Origin: Planctomycetota bacterium
GTDB taxonomy: Bacteria > Planctomycetota > UBA11346
Direction of reading: 5' to 3'
NCBI GenBank assembly: GCA_003136555.1
Contig: PLEW01000036.1
Location: 6,640 to 70,639 of the forward strand
DNA length: 64,000 nucleotides
Both the position numbers and the translations under genes were made by a program. Shown one piece after another: positions 49,571-60,235 of this stretch (position 1 is the first letter of the stretch; each line of letters opens with the position of its first letter). The notes beneath the pieces are model-generated. The model made no database searches. It saw nothing but the letters and a program-made list of their open reading frames with translations, and was not told the origin of the DNA.

Positions 49571-52095
49571 GACTCCCCTCCGGACGCGGCGACCAGGGCA
49601 TGCAGCCGGTCGAAGGCGCAGGCCTGCGCCAGCTCGCTGATCCCATCCGCCAGTCTGCGGTTCGACCAGGTGGCGGTCTGGGTGGAGATGGCGTGCAGGT
49701 CGCCGATGATGATCGCTTCGCGGATGCGGCCGAGATCCTCGTGCGGCAGGGCTGCCAGAGCGTTGCGCAGCTCGCCATCCGCGCCCGCTGCCGGGAGGCG
49801 CGGCGACTCCGAACCGCGTTCGCGCCACACGAAGTGGATGCCCAGCAGCTGTTCGATGGTGATGAACAGGTGGTCTTCACGGTAGGGCTTGTGCACGATC
49901 TCATCGCAGCCGCCCGCACGGATGCGCTGGCTGTCGGACTCGAAGGCGGCCGCGGTCAGGGCGATGATCGCCGGAGCCGGGCCGGGCAGCTGGCGGATCG
50001 CCGCGGCAGCGCTCAGGCCATCCAGGACCGGCATGTCGATGTCCATCAGGATGAGGTCGATGTGCTGCTCGCGGCAGGCAGCGATGGCGGCCTGGCCCTG
50101 GTCGACCGCCACCACCTGGCAGCCGGCCTGCGCGAGGATCTCCTGCAGCAGCGCCCGGCTCGCGGCATGGTCCTCGGCGACCAGCACCCGGGGCGCCGCC
50201 TGTCCGGGAACCAGGCCGATGACATCGCGGCGTACCGCCGCCCGGATCGCCGAATCGACGATGATGGCGGGAATCGCCAGAGTGAAGGCCGATCCGCGCC
50301 CTGGAGTGCTCTCCACTGTCAAGCGACCGCCCATGACCTTGGCAAAGCCGCGGCTGAGCGCCAGGCCCAGGCCCGAGCCATCGCCGCCGAGGCGGGCTGA
50401 ACGGGTCTGGACGAAGGGATGGAACAGCGTGGCGAGGTCCTCGGCGCTGATGCCGCAGCCGCTATCGCTGACGGTGACGCTCAGCTGAGTGTCCTGCCAC
50501 GAGGCCATCAGGGCGACACAACCCCTGGCGGTGAACTTGATGGCGTTGGACAGCAGGTTGAAGAGCACCTGGCGGAGCTTGCGCTGATCGGCGCGGATAC
50601 AGCGGGGCACATCCGCGGCCATGGTGACGCTCAGCTCCAGCCCCTTCTCGTGCGCCCGCTGGAGGAACAGGCTCTTGATGTTGTCGAGCAGGCCGTGCAG
50701 ATCGAAATCCTCGGGCAGGGCGGTGGTCTGCCCGGCCTCGATGCGCGACATCTCGAGCACATCGTTGATCAGCGACAGCAGGTGCTCGCCCGAGCGGTTG
50801 ATCACCTCCACCGCCTGGCGCTGCTGCGGGGCCAGGCGGTGATCGCGTACGAGCATCTGGGCATAGCCGAGGACCGCATTGAGCGGGGTGCGGATCTCAT
50901 GCGACATGCTGGCGAGGAAGTCACTCTTGGCGCGGTTGGCCTGTTCGGCCGATTCCTTGGCGCTGAGATAGGACTTCTCAAGCTGCTGGGCCTGGTCGAG
51001 GGCGGCGACGGCATCCTGCCGCGCCCGCTCCGCCTCGGTGATGGCGCGCTGCAGTTCGCCGGTGCGTATCGCAACCAGGTCCTCGAGCCGGTGGCGGTAG
51101 CCGGTCAGCTCGGCATCCTTGGCGGTGCGCTCGGTGATGTCCTCGTTGATCCCGACCATGCGCAGCGCTCGCCCCTGGGCATCGCGGATGCCGATGAAGC
51201 AGGAGCGGATGAGCCGGATGCTGCCATCTTGCCGGCAGATGCGGAAGGTGTGGTCCTGGTCCGGGCCATGCTCGACCGCTGCGGCGAGCAGCGCGGTGGT
51301 GGCGGCGCGGTCGAGCGGATGCACCAGCCCCACCCAGGCATCGAATCCGCGTGCGCTGGCGGCCGGTGCGCTGCCGTAGATGCGGCCCATGTTCTCGTCC
51401 CACACCAGCCGGCTGGTGCGCACCTCCCAATCCCACACCCCCAAACCCGAGGTGCGGGTGGCCAGGCTGAGGCGCTCGCGGCCGGCAAGCAGATCCGCTT
51501 GCGCCGCCCGCTCGCGCATCTGCAGCCCGAGCAGGTTGCCGAAGAACAGCACCGCGAAGGGATAGGTGAGCGGTACCGGCAGGATGCGCGTCAGGAAGCC
51601 ATCCAGGACCATCTGGAGGGGCAGCAGGAAGGCGGTGACCAGCCCCCAGGCGAACAGCATCAGCCCGAGGACGAGGTGATGCTTGAGGCGCAGCAGCTCC
51701 GGGCGGCCACCGACCCAGAAGAACACCACCGCACCGGCCGCCCCGCCGCCCATGATGGCGCAGATGCCGGAGAGCGCACCCAGGCCGCCGAGATGGAGGC
51801 GGTAGGCCGCCACCACATTCACCGCCACCAGCGCTGCGGGGATGCCGTAGAAGGCCCCGGCCAGGGCGACCAGCACCACCCGGGCATCGACGATCACGCC
51901 ATTGGCGAGGTGGATCGGCACCTGCATGCCGATCAGGGCGATGCCGGCGAACAGGCCGCCCATCACCAGGCTGAGCAGCCCCGGGTGAGCCAGGGGCAGG
52001 CGTAAGCGGATCTGGTTCTCCAGTCCGAGGAACACCAGCACCAGGGCCATGTTCTCGCCCAGGCCTACCAGCAGATCGATCGGTGAGATCATCAC
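49567..52095 (-). CDS. membrane-bound hybrid sensor histidine kinase (multi-TM sensor - PAS - HisKA - HATPase - REC - C-terminal helical domain)
   Basis: About 6 N-terminal TM helices. PAS (WDWEVRTSRLVWDENMGRIYG). H-box MSHEIRTPLNAV. G-boxes DSGCGISAE and GSGLGLALS. REC VLVAEDHAASR...ILMDIDMPVLDG. First gene of the block; GTG/ATG start at 52095/52092. Confidence 0.9.
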   Translation of the reverse strand: MMISPIDLLVGLGENMALVLVFLGLENQIRLRLPLAHPGLLSLVMGGLFAGIALIGMQVPIHLANGVIVDARVVLVALAGAFYGIPAALVAVNVVAAYRLHLGGLGALSGICAIMGGGAAGAVVFFWVGGRPELLRLKHHLVLGLMLFAWGLVTAFLLPLQMVLDGFLTRILPVPLTYPFAVLFFGNLLGLQMRERAAQADLLAGRERLSLATRTSGLGVWDWEVRTSRLVWDENMGRIYGSAPAASARGFDAWVGLVHPLDRAATTALLAAAVEHGPDQDHTFRICRQDGSIRLIRSCFIGIRDAQGRALRMVGINEDITERTAKDAELTGYRHRLEDLVAIRTGELQRAITEAERARQDAVAALDQAQQLEKSYLSAKESAEQANRAKSDFLASMSHEIRTPLNAVLGYAQMLVRDHRLAPQQRQAVEVINRSGEHLLSLINDVLEMSRIEAGQTTALPEDFDLHGLLDNIKSLFLQRAHEKGLELSVTMAADVPRCIRADQRKLRQVLFNLLSNAIKFTARGCVALMASWQDTQLSVTVSDSGCGISAEDLATLFHPFVQTRSARLGGDGSGLGLALSRGFAKVMGGRLTVESTPGRGSAFTLAIPAIIVDSAIRAAVRRDVIGLVPGQAAPRVLVAEDHAASRALLQEILAQAGCQVVAVDQGQAAIAACREQHIDLILMDIDMPVLDGLSAAAAIRQLPGPAPAIIALTAAAFESDSQRIRAGGCDEIVHKPYREDHLFITIEQLLGIHFVWRERGSESPRLPAAGADGELRNALAALPHEDLGRIREAIIIGDLHAISTQTATWSNRRLADGISELAQACAFDRLHALVAASGGES

Positions 52096-52554
52096 CCCGC
52101 TCCTGCTGGCAAACGGCAGTCGCGGCGGCCCGGGTTGCCGGTCTGCCCACGCACCAGTCCCGGGTCAGCAACGACCTGGCACACCCCGACCACGGACATG
52201 GCGAGCAGGACGGCACAGCGGCGACCTTGGAGCGAGGACATGGCGGGTGATCCGAGCGCGGCAGGCACGGATACCATGAGTCTAACCACAAAAAATGGGG
52301 TTTGTAAAGGCGGAGTTCGCGGACACCGCCCGTCCGGACTACGGGACCTACCCTGCGCTCAGCTGATCAGCGACTGCGCCCGCCCGCCCATTGTCACCAC
52401 CCCCCTATGCGACTACCTATCCGTCTAGCACAAGGGCATGTTATGGCCGGGGCGTGGTGCCTCCGACAGTCTCGATGTGGCGTTGCACGGGTCGGTCCAG
52501 GAGCGCCTGGTGCTGGTGGCCCTCTACAGGGACCGGCAGGCGCTCCGGTTGACC

Positions 52555-53295
52555 TTAGGGTGCGGTGATGGGGAGGAGCTTGATGTTGCGGAAGGACACC
52601 GAGCCATGATCGCCTTGCAGGGCGATGAAGCCCTTCTCGGCCTTGGCGAAGCCGGGCATCTTGGCGAACTTGCTCTTGGCGACTCGCGCATTGAAGTCGT
52701 CGCTGCCGAGCACGTAGGTGAAGTACGACACCCCGTTGATGATGTGCTCGCACTTGGTCGGGCTGAGGATCAGGCGGACATGATTCCACTCGCCCACCGG
52801 CTTGGTCGCATCCAGGGTCTTGCCGGTCGCGGGATCGATGGGCGGCTGGTAGAGCGCATAGAGCCAGCCGCAGCGCACCGGATCGGCAGCCTTGACGTTA
52901 TCCTCGAGCTGGAACTCGGGTCCCGTCGCCCAGACCGCGCCACCGGCATTGGTGACGTGGTACATGATGCCGCTGTTGCCCGCTACCGAGATGTTGTAAT
53001 CCAGGTCGAGCTCGAACCAGCCGTACTCGCCGGTGGTGACGATGTCGCCGGCATTGTGCGGGTCGGCGCAGACCAGCATGCCATCCTTGACTACCCAGCC
53101 AGGGCGGATGCCGTCCTGCCTGAAGTTGTGCCAGCCGGTGAAATCCTTGCCGTTGAAGAGCAGCTGCCAGCCGGCCGCCTTCTCCTGATCCGTCAGGGTA
53201 TTGCTTGCCGCCTCATCGGCGCACGCGAACGATGGGAGGGACAGCGCCAGGAGCGCGAGCACGGTCGAGGAGGTGGGTGTCATACGGGTCGCCAT
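52555..53295 (-). CDS. secreted DUF1080 (3-keto-disaccharide hydrolase-like, LamG-fold) protein
   Basis: Signal peptide MATRMTPTSSTVLALLALSLPSFA. DUF1080 blocks WQLLFNGKDFTGW, GEWNHVRLILSPTKCEHIINGV, GFIALQGDHGSVSFRNIKL. Confidence 0.8.
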   Translation of the reverse strand: MATRMTPTSSTVLALLALSLPSFACADEAASNTLTDQEKAAGWQLLFNGKDFTGWHNFRQDGIRPGWVVKDGMLVCADPHNAGDIVTTGEYGWFELDLDYNISVAGNSGIMYHVTNAGGAVWATGPEFQLEDNVKAADPVRCGWLYALYQPPIDPATGKTLDATKPVGEWNHVRLILSPTKCEHIINGVSYFTYVLGSDDFNARVAKSKFAKMPGFAKAEKGFIALQGDHGSVSFRNIKLLPITAP

Positions 53296-53909
53296 CGTGC
53301 GGCAAAGGCGACGGCGGCAAGCCCAAAGGAGACCTGTGGTGACCACGCTGTGCGCGGCACCCGGCGCAGCCGCTCGGGTACCCACCCGCCGCTCGACCAG
53401 CGATCACCAGGGTGCCGGTGCGGCGGACGGGAATCGTCCCGCGCCGCATCCCGCACGCACGCAATGCCAGAGTCGGTGCCCGCAGGCATCGATGCCATCA
53501 TCCTGGGTGAGATGGCCAGCAAGGCAGGTGCTGCGGTAGGGCGTCGGCTCCCCTCTGCCTGGTGCCGGCGCGCGCGTCTCCGACCCGATGAACGGGGGTG
53601 GGCAGCCGGCACGTGGTCGAGCCGGCTGGGCGACCACGGCCCCGCGCCCGCCTGCATCGGCATGGCTGGCGGCAAGCCGCAGTCCCCGGAATGCACCCCC
53701 CGGAGCATGCGGCTCGCCGCCACGATCCTGCTGATCGGTGACGGTGAGCGGTGCTGGTCCTGCTGTCGGCATCATCGGTCCTCCCTGCGGCATGGGCGCT
53801 CGCGCTGCACCGCCCCGTTCTTCCGGGACGGCGCCGGACTCTGTCCCTGTTTTCGGGGACGCAAGCAGAAAGGTCCCGACATTCTGGGACCATCGGCTAT
53901 GCTCTGGCC

Positions 53910-54239
53910 ATGACAACGTTCGGGGCCCTGCTGGAAACCTTGCTCGCACGCCGCCAGTTCTCCACCCGCTCGTTTGCACGCGCGGTGAAATCCAGCAAAT
54001 CCAGCATCTCAGGCATCACCAATGGCGAACGGACGCCCCCCCTCGACCGGCTGGAGAAGTGGTGCGATGCGCTCGGCCTGCGTGGCCAGGAGCGCCAGCA
54101 GTTCCTCGATCTCGCCGCCCTCGCCCACCTCCCCCAGGAAGCTCGACCCCGCTTCTTCGCCTGGTACGACGAGTACCATCGCCTGAAAGCCGACTATGCC
54201 GAACTGCTCGCCCAGACGCGGCGGGTCGCTGAGCGCTGA
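53910..54239 (+). CDS. XRE-family helix-turn-helix transcriptional regulator
   Basis: N-terminal HTH_XRE-like LLETLLARRQFSTRSFARAVKSSKSSISGITNGERTPPLDRLEKW. ATG at 53910 inside a GTG-initiated longer ORF. Confidence 0.6.
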   Translation: MTTFGALLETLLARRQFSTRSFARAVKSSKSSISGITNGERTPPLDRLEKWCDALGLRGQERQQFLDLAALAHLPQEARPRFFAWYDEYHRLKADYAELLAQTRRVAER

Positions 54240-54477
54240 GGCGCGAGCCGGCAGCGCTCGCAACTGCAGGTCCTAGTGCGCGCCTGTGCTCGAGCCCGGA
54301 CCCTCAGACCCGCACCGTGACGTTCGTACTGGAGGGTCGCGTGGCGCGTCTCCGCCGCCGGGATGCAGGTCAGGAAGCTGGTCAGCACCACCTCATCCGC
54401 CCGTCTCGTACCAGGGTGGACAGCCGCCCTGCGACGCTCACCCTCGTGAGCCGTATGACCTCGTTCCGGAAGTGCTT

Positions 54478-55184
<707 letters not shown>

Positions 55185-55188
<4 letters not shown>

Positions 55189-56435
55189 ACCTCCTGCGCA
55201 TCGTCCTGACCAGCCTGCGTCAGCACCTCTTCTCCTCCGGCCTGGCGGCGATGAGCATCGCCCTGGGCGTCGCGTTGCTGCTGGCGGTGACATCGCTGCG
55301 TGAGCAGGCCCATCGGCAGTTCACCCAGGTCGGCCTCGGCGTCGATGCCGTGCTCGGTCCCAAGGGCTCGCCGTTGCAGATCGCCCTCAACGCCCTCTAC
55401 CACCTCGAGGAGATGCCGGGGCGCATTGCCTGGACCTACTACCAGGCGGTCAAGGCCAATCCCATGGTCGCGGATGGCTTCGCCTTCATCACCGGACACT
55501 CCTATGCGGGCTACCGGGTCAACGCGGTGGAGTCGCGCTTCCTCACCGATTTCGAATACCTGCCCGGGCACCGCTTCTCAGTCGCCGCCGCCGATGGCGG
55601 CTCAGGCCGCCTGTTCTCCGGCAAGGATGAGGCGGTCGCCGGCGCCGAGGTGGCGCGCGCTCTCGGGCTGCAGCTCGGCCAGACCTTCAACCCGACCTGC
55701 GGGGTGACCGCCGGCGACCCGGTCCATGTCAACGATCACATCGCCTTCGTCGGCATCCTCGCCCCCACCGGCACCCCGCACGACCGCGCCATCTACATCC
55801 CGCTGGAGTCCTTCTACACGCTCGAAGGACATGGAGCCTCGGTCGCCGCCATGGTCAAGGATCTCGACCACCGCGAGATCAGCGGCGCCTACCTGAAGCT
55901 CCAGCGCATCCGCGGCGACGCCTACAATCCCGGGGTGACGGAACTGCAATATGACATCAACCAATCGACCAAGGCCCAGCTGGTCATGCCTGCCGAGGTC
56001 ATGCCCCGGTTGTTCCTCATCATCGGCTGGGTCGACCAGGTGCTGTGGGCGGTGGGCATGATGGTGGCCCTGCTCGCCGCCGCATTCCTCGCCTTCGCCC
56101 TAGTGGCGACCCTGCGCGAACGGCGACGGGATCTCGCCCTGCTGCGCGCCCTGGGCGCCCGGCGCCGCACCATCTTCGGTCTGGTCCTCGCCCAGGCGCT
56201 GGCGATCAGCCTGGCCGGGGCAGTGATCGGTTGGCTGCTCGGCCACCTGCTCACCGGGATCGGCTGCCATTTCGTCAAGGCCGAGACCGGCATGAGCTTC
56301 ACCACCTGGTATTGGTCATCCGCCGACTTCGGTCTGCTCCCCGCCGCGCTCGTGCTCGGCACGCTGGCCGGTCTGTGGCCTGCCATCCAAGCCTACCGCC
56401 TCGGCCTGCTGGCCACCCTCAAACCCCAATCGTAA
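55185..56435 (+). CDS. ABC transporter permease, FtsX-like (LolC/E / MacB family)
   Basis: N-terminal TM, a large extracytoplasmic domain, and three C-terminal TMs in an FtsX-like arrangement (ALLAAAFLAFALVATLRERRRDLALLRALGA...). 4-nt overlap with the ATPase gene. Confidence 0.8.
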
Positions 56436-56442
56436 GGCCTGT

Positions 56443-56931
56443 ATGCACCATCTCAGCTGCGCCGCCCTGCTCCTCGGCCTGCTCGCCAGCCCCGCCAACG
56501 CCGAGGAGGCGACCCATGGCCACATCGCCGTCCATGGCGGCTGCCTGAACGAGATCGGCGGCTGCGAGAACGGCCATGCCGAGGTCAAGATCGAGGGCAC
56601 CCGCCTGCGCATGTGGCTGGTCGGGGGTGGTAACAACACCACCACCGCCATGCGCGTCCCCGATGCCAGCATCGCCCTGGCCATCACCATCGGCACCGGC
56701 CAGCCGCCGCGCACGCTGGTGCTGGCGGCCAAGCCGCTGATACTGGCCGAGGAGACCATCGGCGCATGCTCCTACTTCGAGGCGAACGCCGATTGGCTGG
56801 CAGGGGTCGCCGCGCTGAAGGCCACCGGGTCGGTGCAGTTCAACGGCAAGAAGGCCGATCTGGTGATCGAATGGCCGCATGGCTTCGATCCCGACCATGA
56901 TGTCCCCGCGGCAACGCCGGCCGCCAAGTAA
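56443..56931 (+). CDS. secreted hypothetical protein
   Basis: Signal peptide MHHLSCAALLLGLLASPANA. Gene begins 8 nt after the permease gene stop. Confidence 0.55.
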   Translation: MHHLSCAALLLGLLASPANAEEATHGHIAVHGGCLNEIGGCENGHAEVKIEGTRLRMWLVGGGNNTTTAMRVPDASIALAITIGTGQPPRTLVLAAKPLILAEETIGACSYFEANADWLAGVAALKATGSVQFNGKKADLVIEWPHGFDPDHDVPAATPAAK

Positions 56932-56953
56932 CCATCCTGACCGCGAGCTCCCC

Positions 56954-58096
56954 ATGAGTCCTGGTGCGTCACCGATCCCAGCCTCCACCCGCTTCGGCAT
57001 CCGCCGGCCGCGGCTGTTCCGCACCGGCATCGTGCTGCTGGTGGCGATGATCGTCACCGACGTCATCGCCTACCCGCAACTGGTCCCGCATGCGCAGCCG
57101 GCGACGGCGCTGACGGCCACCGCCGTGCCGGTGGTGCTGCGCAGCGAGACCGGGCCCGGCGGCCATGCCACCATCGGCGTGGCCGAATCCTCCAGCAGCA
57201 CCGGCGGCCTCTCGTTCGCGCTGCTGGGCAAGTGGGCCTTCCACCCCTCCGGCAGCGTCCCCTGCCCACCGATCATCCAGGCCCACGACGGCAAGGCCGC
57301 CACGCTGGTGGGGTTCATGTACCCGCTCGGCCAGGGCGACCGCATCAAGGCCTTCTGCCTGCTGCGCAATACGCAGACCTGCTGCTTCGGACCGCGACCG
57401 CAGTTCAACCAGTATGTCTTCGTCGAATGCAGCGAACCAGTGGCCTTCGAGCGCCGCCGGCCGGTGCAGGTGAGCGGACGCTTCGTGGTCGACCCCCAGC
57501 CGACGCAAGGCTACATCTACCGCTTCGAAGGCGCCTCGGTCGCCGCCGTCGGCGGCTTCGATGAGCCCGTCGACGCCCGGGTCTATGCCGAGGCCAACCA
57601 CCTCACCCTGTGGGATTGGTCCACCCTCGGAGCGCTAGCGGCCGCCGATCCCGACCACCCCGCCCTGCCGGCGGGCCTGACCGGACTCGACGGCCACACC
57701 GTGGTGGTCGAGGGCTACATCCACCAGCGCGACCCCGGACCCCCCGCGGTGATCACCGTCGGCCTGCATCCCCCGCCCGGACGGCCCGATGGCCATGTGC
57801 CCACGCTGTTCGACGCCATGAGCGTGATGCCGGCCCCCGGGACCGCCCTGCCGCAGGATTGGGAGGATCGCGGTGTCTGGCAGGGCATCCTGCACATCAC
57901 CAGCGACCCCAAGGGTTGGGATGAGAATGGCATCGTGCACGTCGACCAGGCCACGGTGTGCGCCCACCTGCCGGATGCCGGCTCAAGGTCCACCGCCCTC
58001 GCCATTCTCATTGCGACCTTCCAGGTTATACTGTTCGGCGGCTTCCTGGTCTCCACCCTGGGACGACGGGCTGTGCCGTCTCCTGACGCCCCCTGA
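56954..58096 (+). CDS. membrane-anchored protein with two DUF3299-like repeats
   Basis: N-terminal TM (IVLLVAMIVTDVIAY). Segment ...GFMYPLGQGDRIKAFCLLRNTQTCCFGPRPQFNQYVFVEC... resembles the DUF3299 signature (C..PPPP.NQ). Second similar module (GHTVVVEGYIHQRD...). C-terminal TM. Family call from memory. Confidence 0.55.
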   Translation: MSPGASPIPASTRFGIRRPRLFRTGIVLLVAMIVTDVIAYPQLVPHAQPATALTATAVPVVLRSETGPGGHATIGVAESSSSTGGLSFALLGKWAFHPSGSVPCPPIIQAHDGKAATLVGFMYPLGQGDRIKAFCLLRNTQTCCFGPRPQFNQYVFVECSEPVAFERRRPVQVSGRFVVDPQPTQGYIYRFEGASVAAVGGFDEPVDARVYAEANHLTLWDWSTLGALAAADPDHPALPAGLTGLDGHTVVVEGYIHQRDPGPPAVITVGLHPPPGRPDGHVPTLFDAMSVMPAPGTALPQDWEDRGVWQGILHITSDPKGWDENGIVHVDQATVCAHLPDAGSRSTALAILIATFQVILFGGFLVSTLGRRAVPSPDAP

Positions 58097-58104
58097 GGTG
58101 CCTG

Positions 58105-59085
58105 ATGCGCTGTGCCCTCCTGTCCCCCCTGCTGCTCGCCTGGCTCGTCTGCCTGATGCCACTGAGCGCCGGTGAGCCCTTGACCAAGGACAGCGACGCC
58201 ACGATTGCGCTCGTCAATGGCGAGAGCATCAGCGAAAGCGAACTGATGCGTGGAGTCCCCAAGGGCCTATTCGGCCGCAGCCGCCAATGGGCGCGCGAAG
58301 CGCGCCTCGGTCAATTGATCGACCTGATGCTGATGCGCCAGTACCTCGACTCGATCAAGGAAGTCGCCGATCCTGGCGTGGTCGCCGCCGGTTTCGCCGA
58401 GGTCATGAAGCACCCGCCGATCATGGGCTGCGGCTGCTCCTACCAGAACTTCGACGACTACCTGAGCCAGAACTGCTATACTGCGGATGATGCGCGCCTG
58501 GTGGTGGCGATCGAACTGGGCCTGACCAAGGCGGTCGACGACGCGTGGGAGAAGGCCAATCCCGGCAGCGCTGGCAAGGCCGCGCTGATCGCCCGCGAGG
58601 GTGCCGATGTGCGCAGCAAGTACCGGCGCTTCTGGCGCATGCCCATCTCCCTCGGGGTGGACGAGCACAACGACGACCCGGCGCATCGCGGTCCCGGCTT
58701 TGCCAAGGCCGAGGCGATCATGAGCCGCCTGCACGCGGGTGAGGATTTCACCGCCGTGGCCAAGGACATCGGCGGGACGGCCGATTGGGCCAAATGCGGC
58801 GGCTTCGCCGGCATGGTCGCAGTCGAGGATGCCGTCCTCTTCGGCCTCGACCAGGCTCATCTGGCGGCCCTCGCCGAAGGCCAGGTGGCCGGCCCCCTGC
58901 CGGGCTACATGGGATACCAGATCGTGCGCTGGGGCTCGCTGACGGACGCGGATGTGCTCGAGTACCTGAAGAACATCTTCGATACCCACACCCGCGATGA
59001 GATCCGCGACGCCGCCACCGCGCGTAAGCAGGTCGAGTATGTCGGTAGCGGCAAGGCCCTGGCTCCGCGCAAAGAAGCCCACTAG
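58105..59085 (+). CDS. periplasmic SurA/PrsA-like peptidyl-prolyl isomerase / chaperone
   Basis: Signal peptide MRCALLSPLLLAWLVCLMPLSA. SurA_N-like ALVNGESISESEL. Parvulin-like region FTAVAKDIGG...GGFAGMV...GYQIVRW. Confidence 0.7.
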   Translation: MRCALLSPLLLAWLVCLMPLSAGEPLTKDSDATIALVNGESISESELMRGVPKGLFGRSRQWAREARLGQLIDLMLMRQYLDSIKEVADPGVVAAGFAEVMKHPPIMGCGCSYQNFDDYLSQNCYTADDARLVVAIELGLTKAVDDAWEKANPGSAGKAALIAREGADVRSKYRRFWRMPISLGVDEHNDDPAHRGPGFAKAEAIMSRLHAGEDFTAVAKDIGGTADWAKCGGFAGMVAVEDAVLFGLDQAHLAALAEGQVAGPLPGYMGYQIVRWGSLTDADVLEYLKNIFDTHTRDEIRDAATARKQVEYVGSGKALAPRKEAH

Positions 59086-59363
59086 GACTGCACACCGCTC
59101 CGGCGGCCATGCGCCCGGTCACCCATCGATCCTAACGCGCAGCGGCCTCTGCACATCGCCTGCGTCCGCTGGAATCTCTGCTTGAGCTTGCTGGCCTGAT
59201 GCGCGCGAACGCCTGCTTCAGTCATGAACACCACTGGCTGGTGGTCTTCACGCGCCGTGCCGCTACTCTTCCCGGCGATGTCCTCCCCCGACCGCCGCCA
59301 CCGATGACAATATGGTGACACGATGACGATGCGCGTGCCCCTCAAAGCCCCGGAACGACGATC

Positions 59364-59645
59364 ATGAGCTCCTCTGGTGAGCGGCCAGCGATCCGCCAAT
59401 CCACCGCGATGTTCATGCGCAGCGCCCTGCAGTCCGCCGCAGATGATGCCCTCATCGTCACCTGCCCCGTCTGCATCAAAGCGACCGTTCCCATCCCCGA
59501 TCCGCAGCGCCCGCGCCACGAGACCCACTGCTACCGCTGCGGCGCCGACTACCTCATCCGCGCCTGTTCGGCATGCGGCTCGGCGGCCATCATCCCGCGC
59601 GCACGGCCCGACGCGGCCGCCCCGTTGTGCGAAGCGTGCAGCTGA
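59364..59645 (+). CDS. small Cys-rich (four CxxC) zinc-ribbon protein
   Basis: CPVC...CYRC...CSAC...CEAC spacing typical of a double zinc ribbon. No clear RBS. Confidence 0.4.
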   Translation: MSSSGERPAIRQSTAMFMRSALQSAADDALIVTCPVCIKATVPIPDPQRPRHETHCYRCGADYLIRACSACGSAAIIPRARPDAAAPLCEACS

Positions 59646-59791
59646 GCAATCGACCCCCGGGACCAGCGTCCGGGGAGGATACCCGCGAGTGATCCGTTAT
59701 CGGTGGGAGTGCCGTCCCGTCAGGCCGTCCGTCGCGCCACTACCCGAAAATAAATATATTGGGTTTGACCAGCTTTGGATAGGCTGGGGCG

Positions 59792-60106
59792 ATGCGCATA
59801 TCCCCACCCAAGACGTCCCGCCTCCTCTCCATCCTGCGTGCCGCCGCCGCCGCGCAGGGCCTCAATCCTTACCGGATTGCCAAGTCGAGCGGCCTGCCGC
59901 TGACCACCGTCCAGCGCCTGCTGAACATCAAGCTCAACGTCCCCCTGCGCAATGTCGAGATGCTGATGGAAGCGCTGGGACTCAACCTGCAGGTCGTCGA
60001 GGGCAAGAAGCTCCGTGCCGCGACCGCCAAGCCCGCGAAGAGCACCAAGGCCGCGAAGGGCAAATCCACAGCGCGCGGCCGCGGCCGTCCGCGTTCCCGC
60101 CGCTGA
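59792..60106 (+). CDS. HTH DNA-binding protein with C-terminal AT-hook-like Lys/Arg tail (possible nucleoid-associated protein)
   Basis: N-terminal HTH-like LNPYRIAKSSGLPLTTVQRLLN. Tail KAKSTKAAKGKSTARGRGRPRSRR contains an RGRP AT-hook core. AT-rich putative promoter upstream (GAAAATAAATATATTGGGTTTGACC). Confidence 0.5.
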   Translation: MRISPPKTSRLLSILRAAAAAQGLNPYRIAKSSGLPLTTVQRLLNIKLNVPLRNVEMLMEALGLNLQVVEGKKLRAATAKPAKSTKAAKGKSTARGRGRPRSRR

Positions 60107-60235
60107 GCGAGCGATCACCCGCTGCGTCCAGGCCGACGCGATTCCCTGCGGCCGGCGTGCAGGCGCGTCGCCGATGCCGGTGACCCCCGCCCGCAGCCGC
60201 TTTGCCTGCCGCATGCCCCCGCCAGACTGCCGCGC

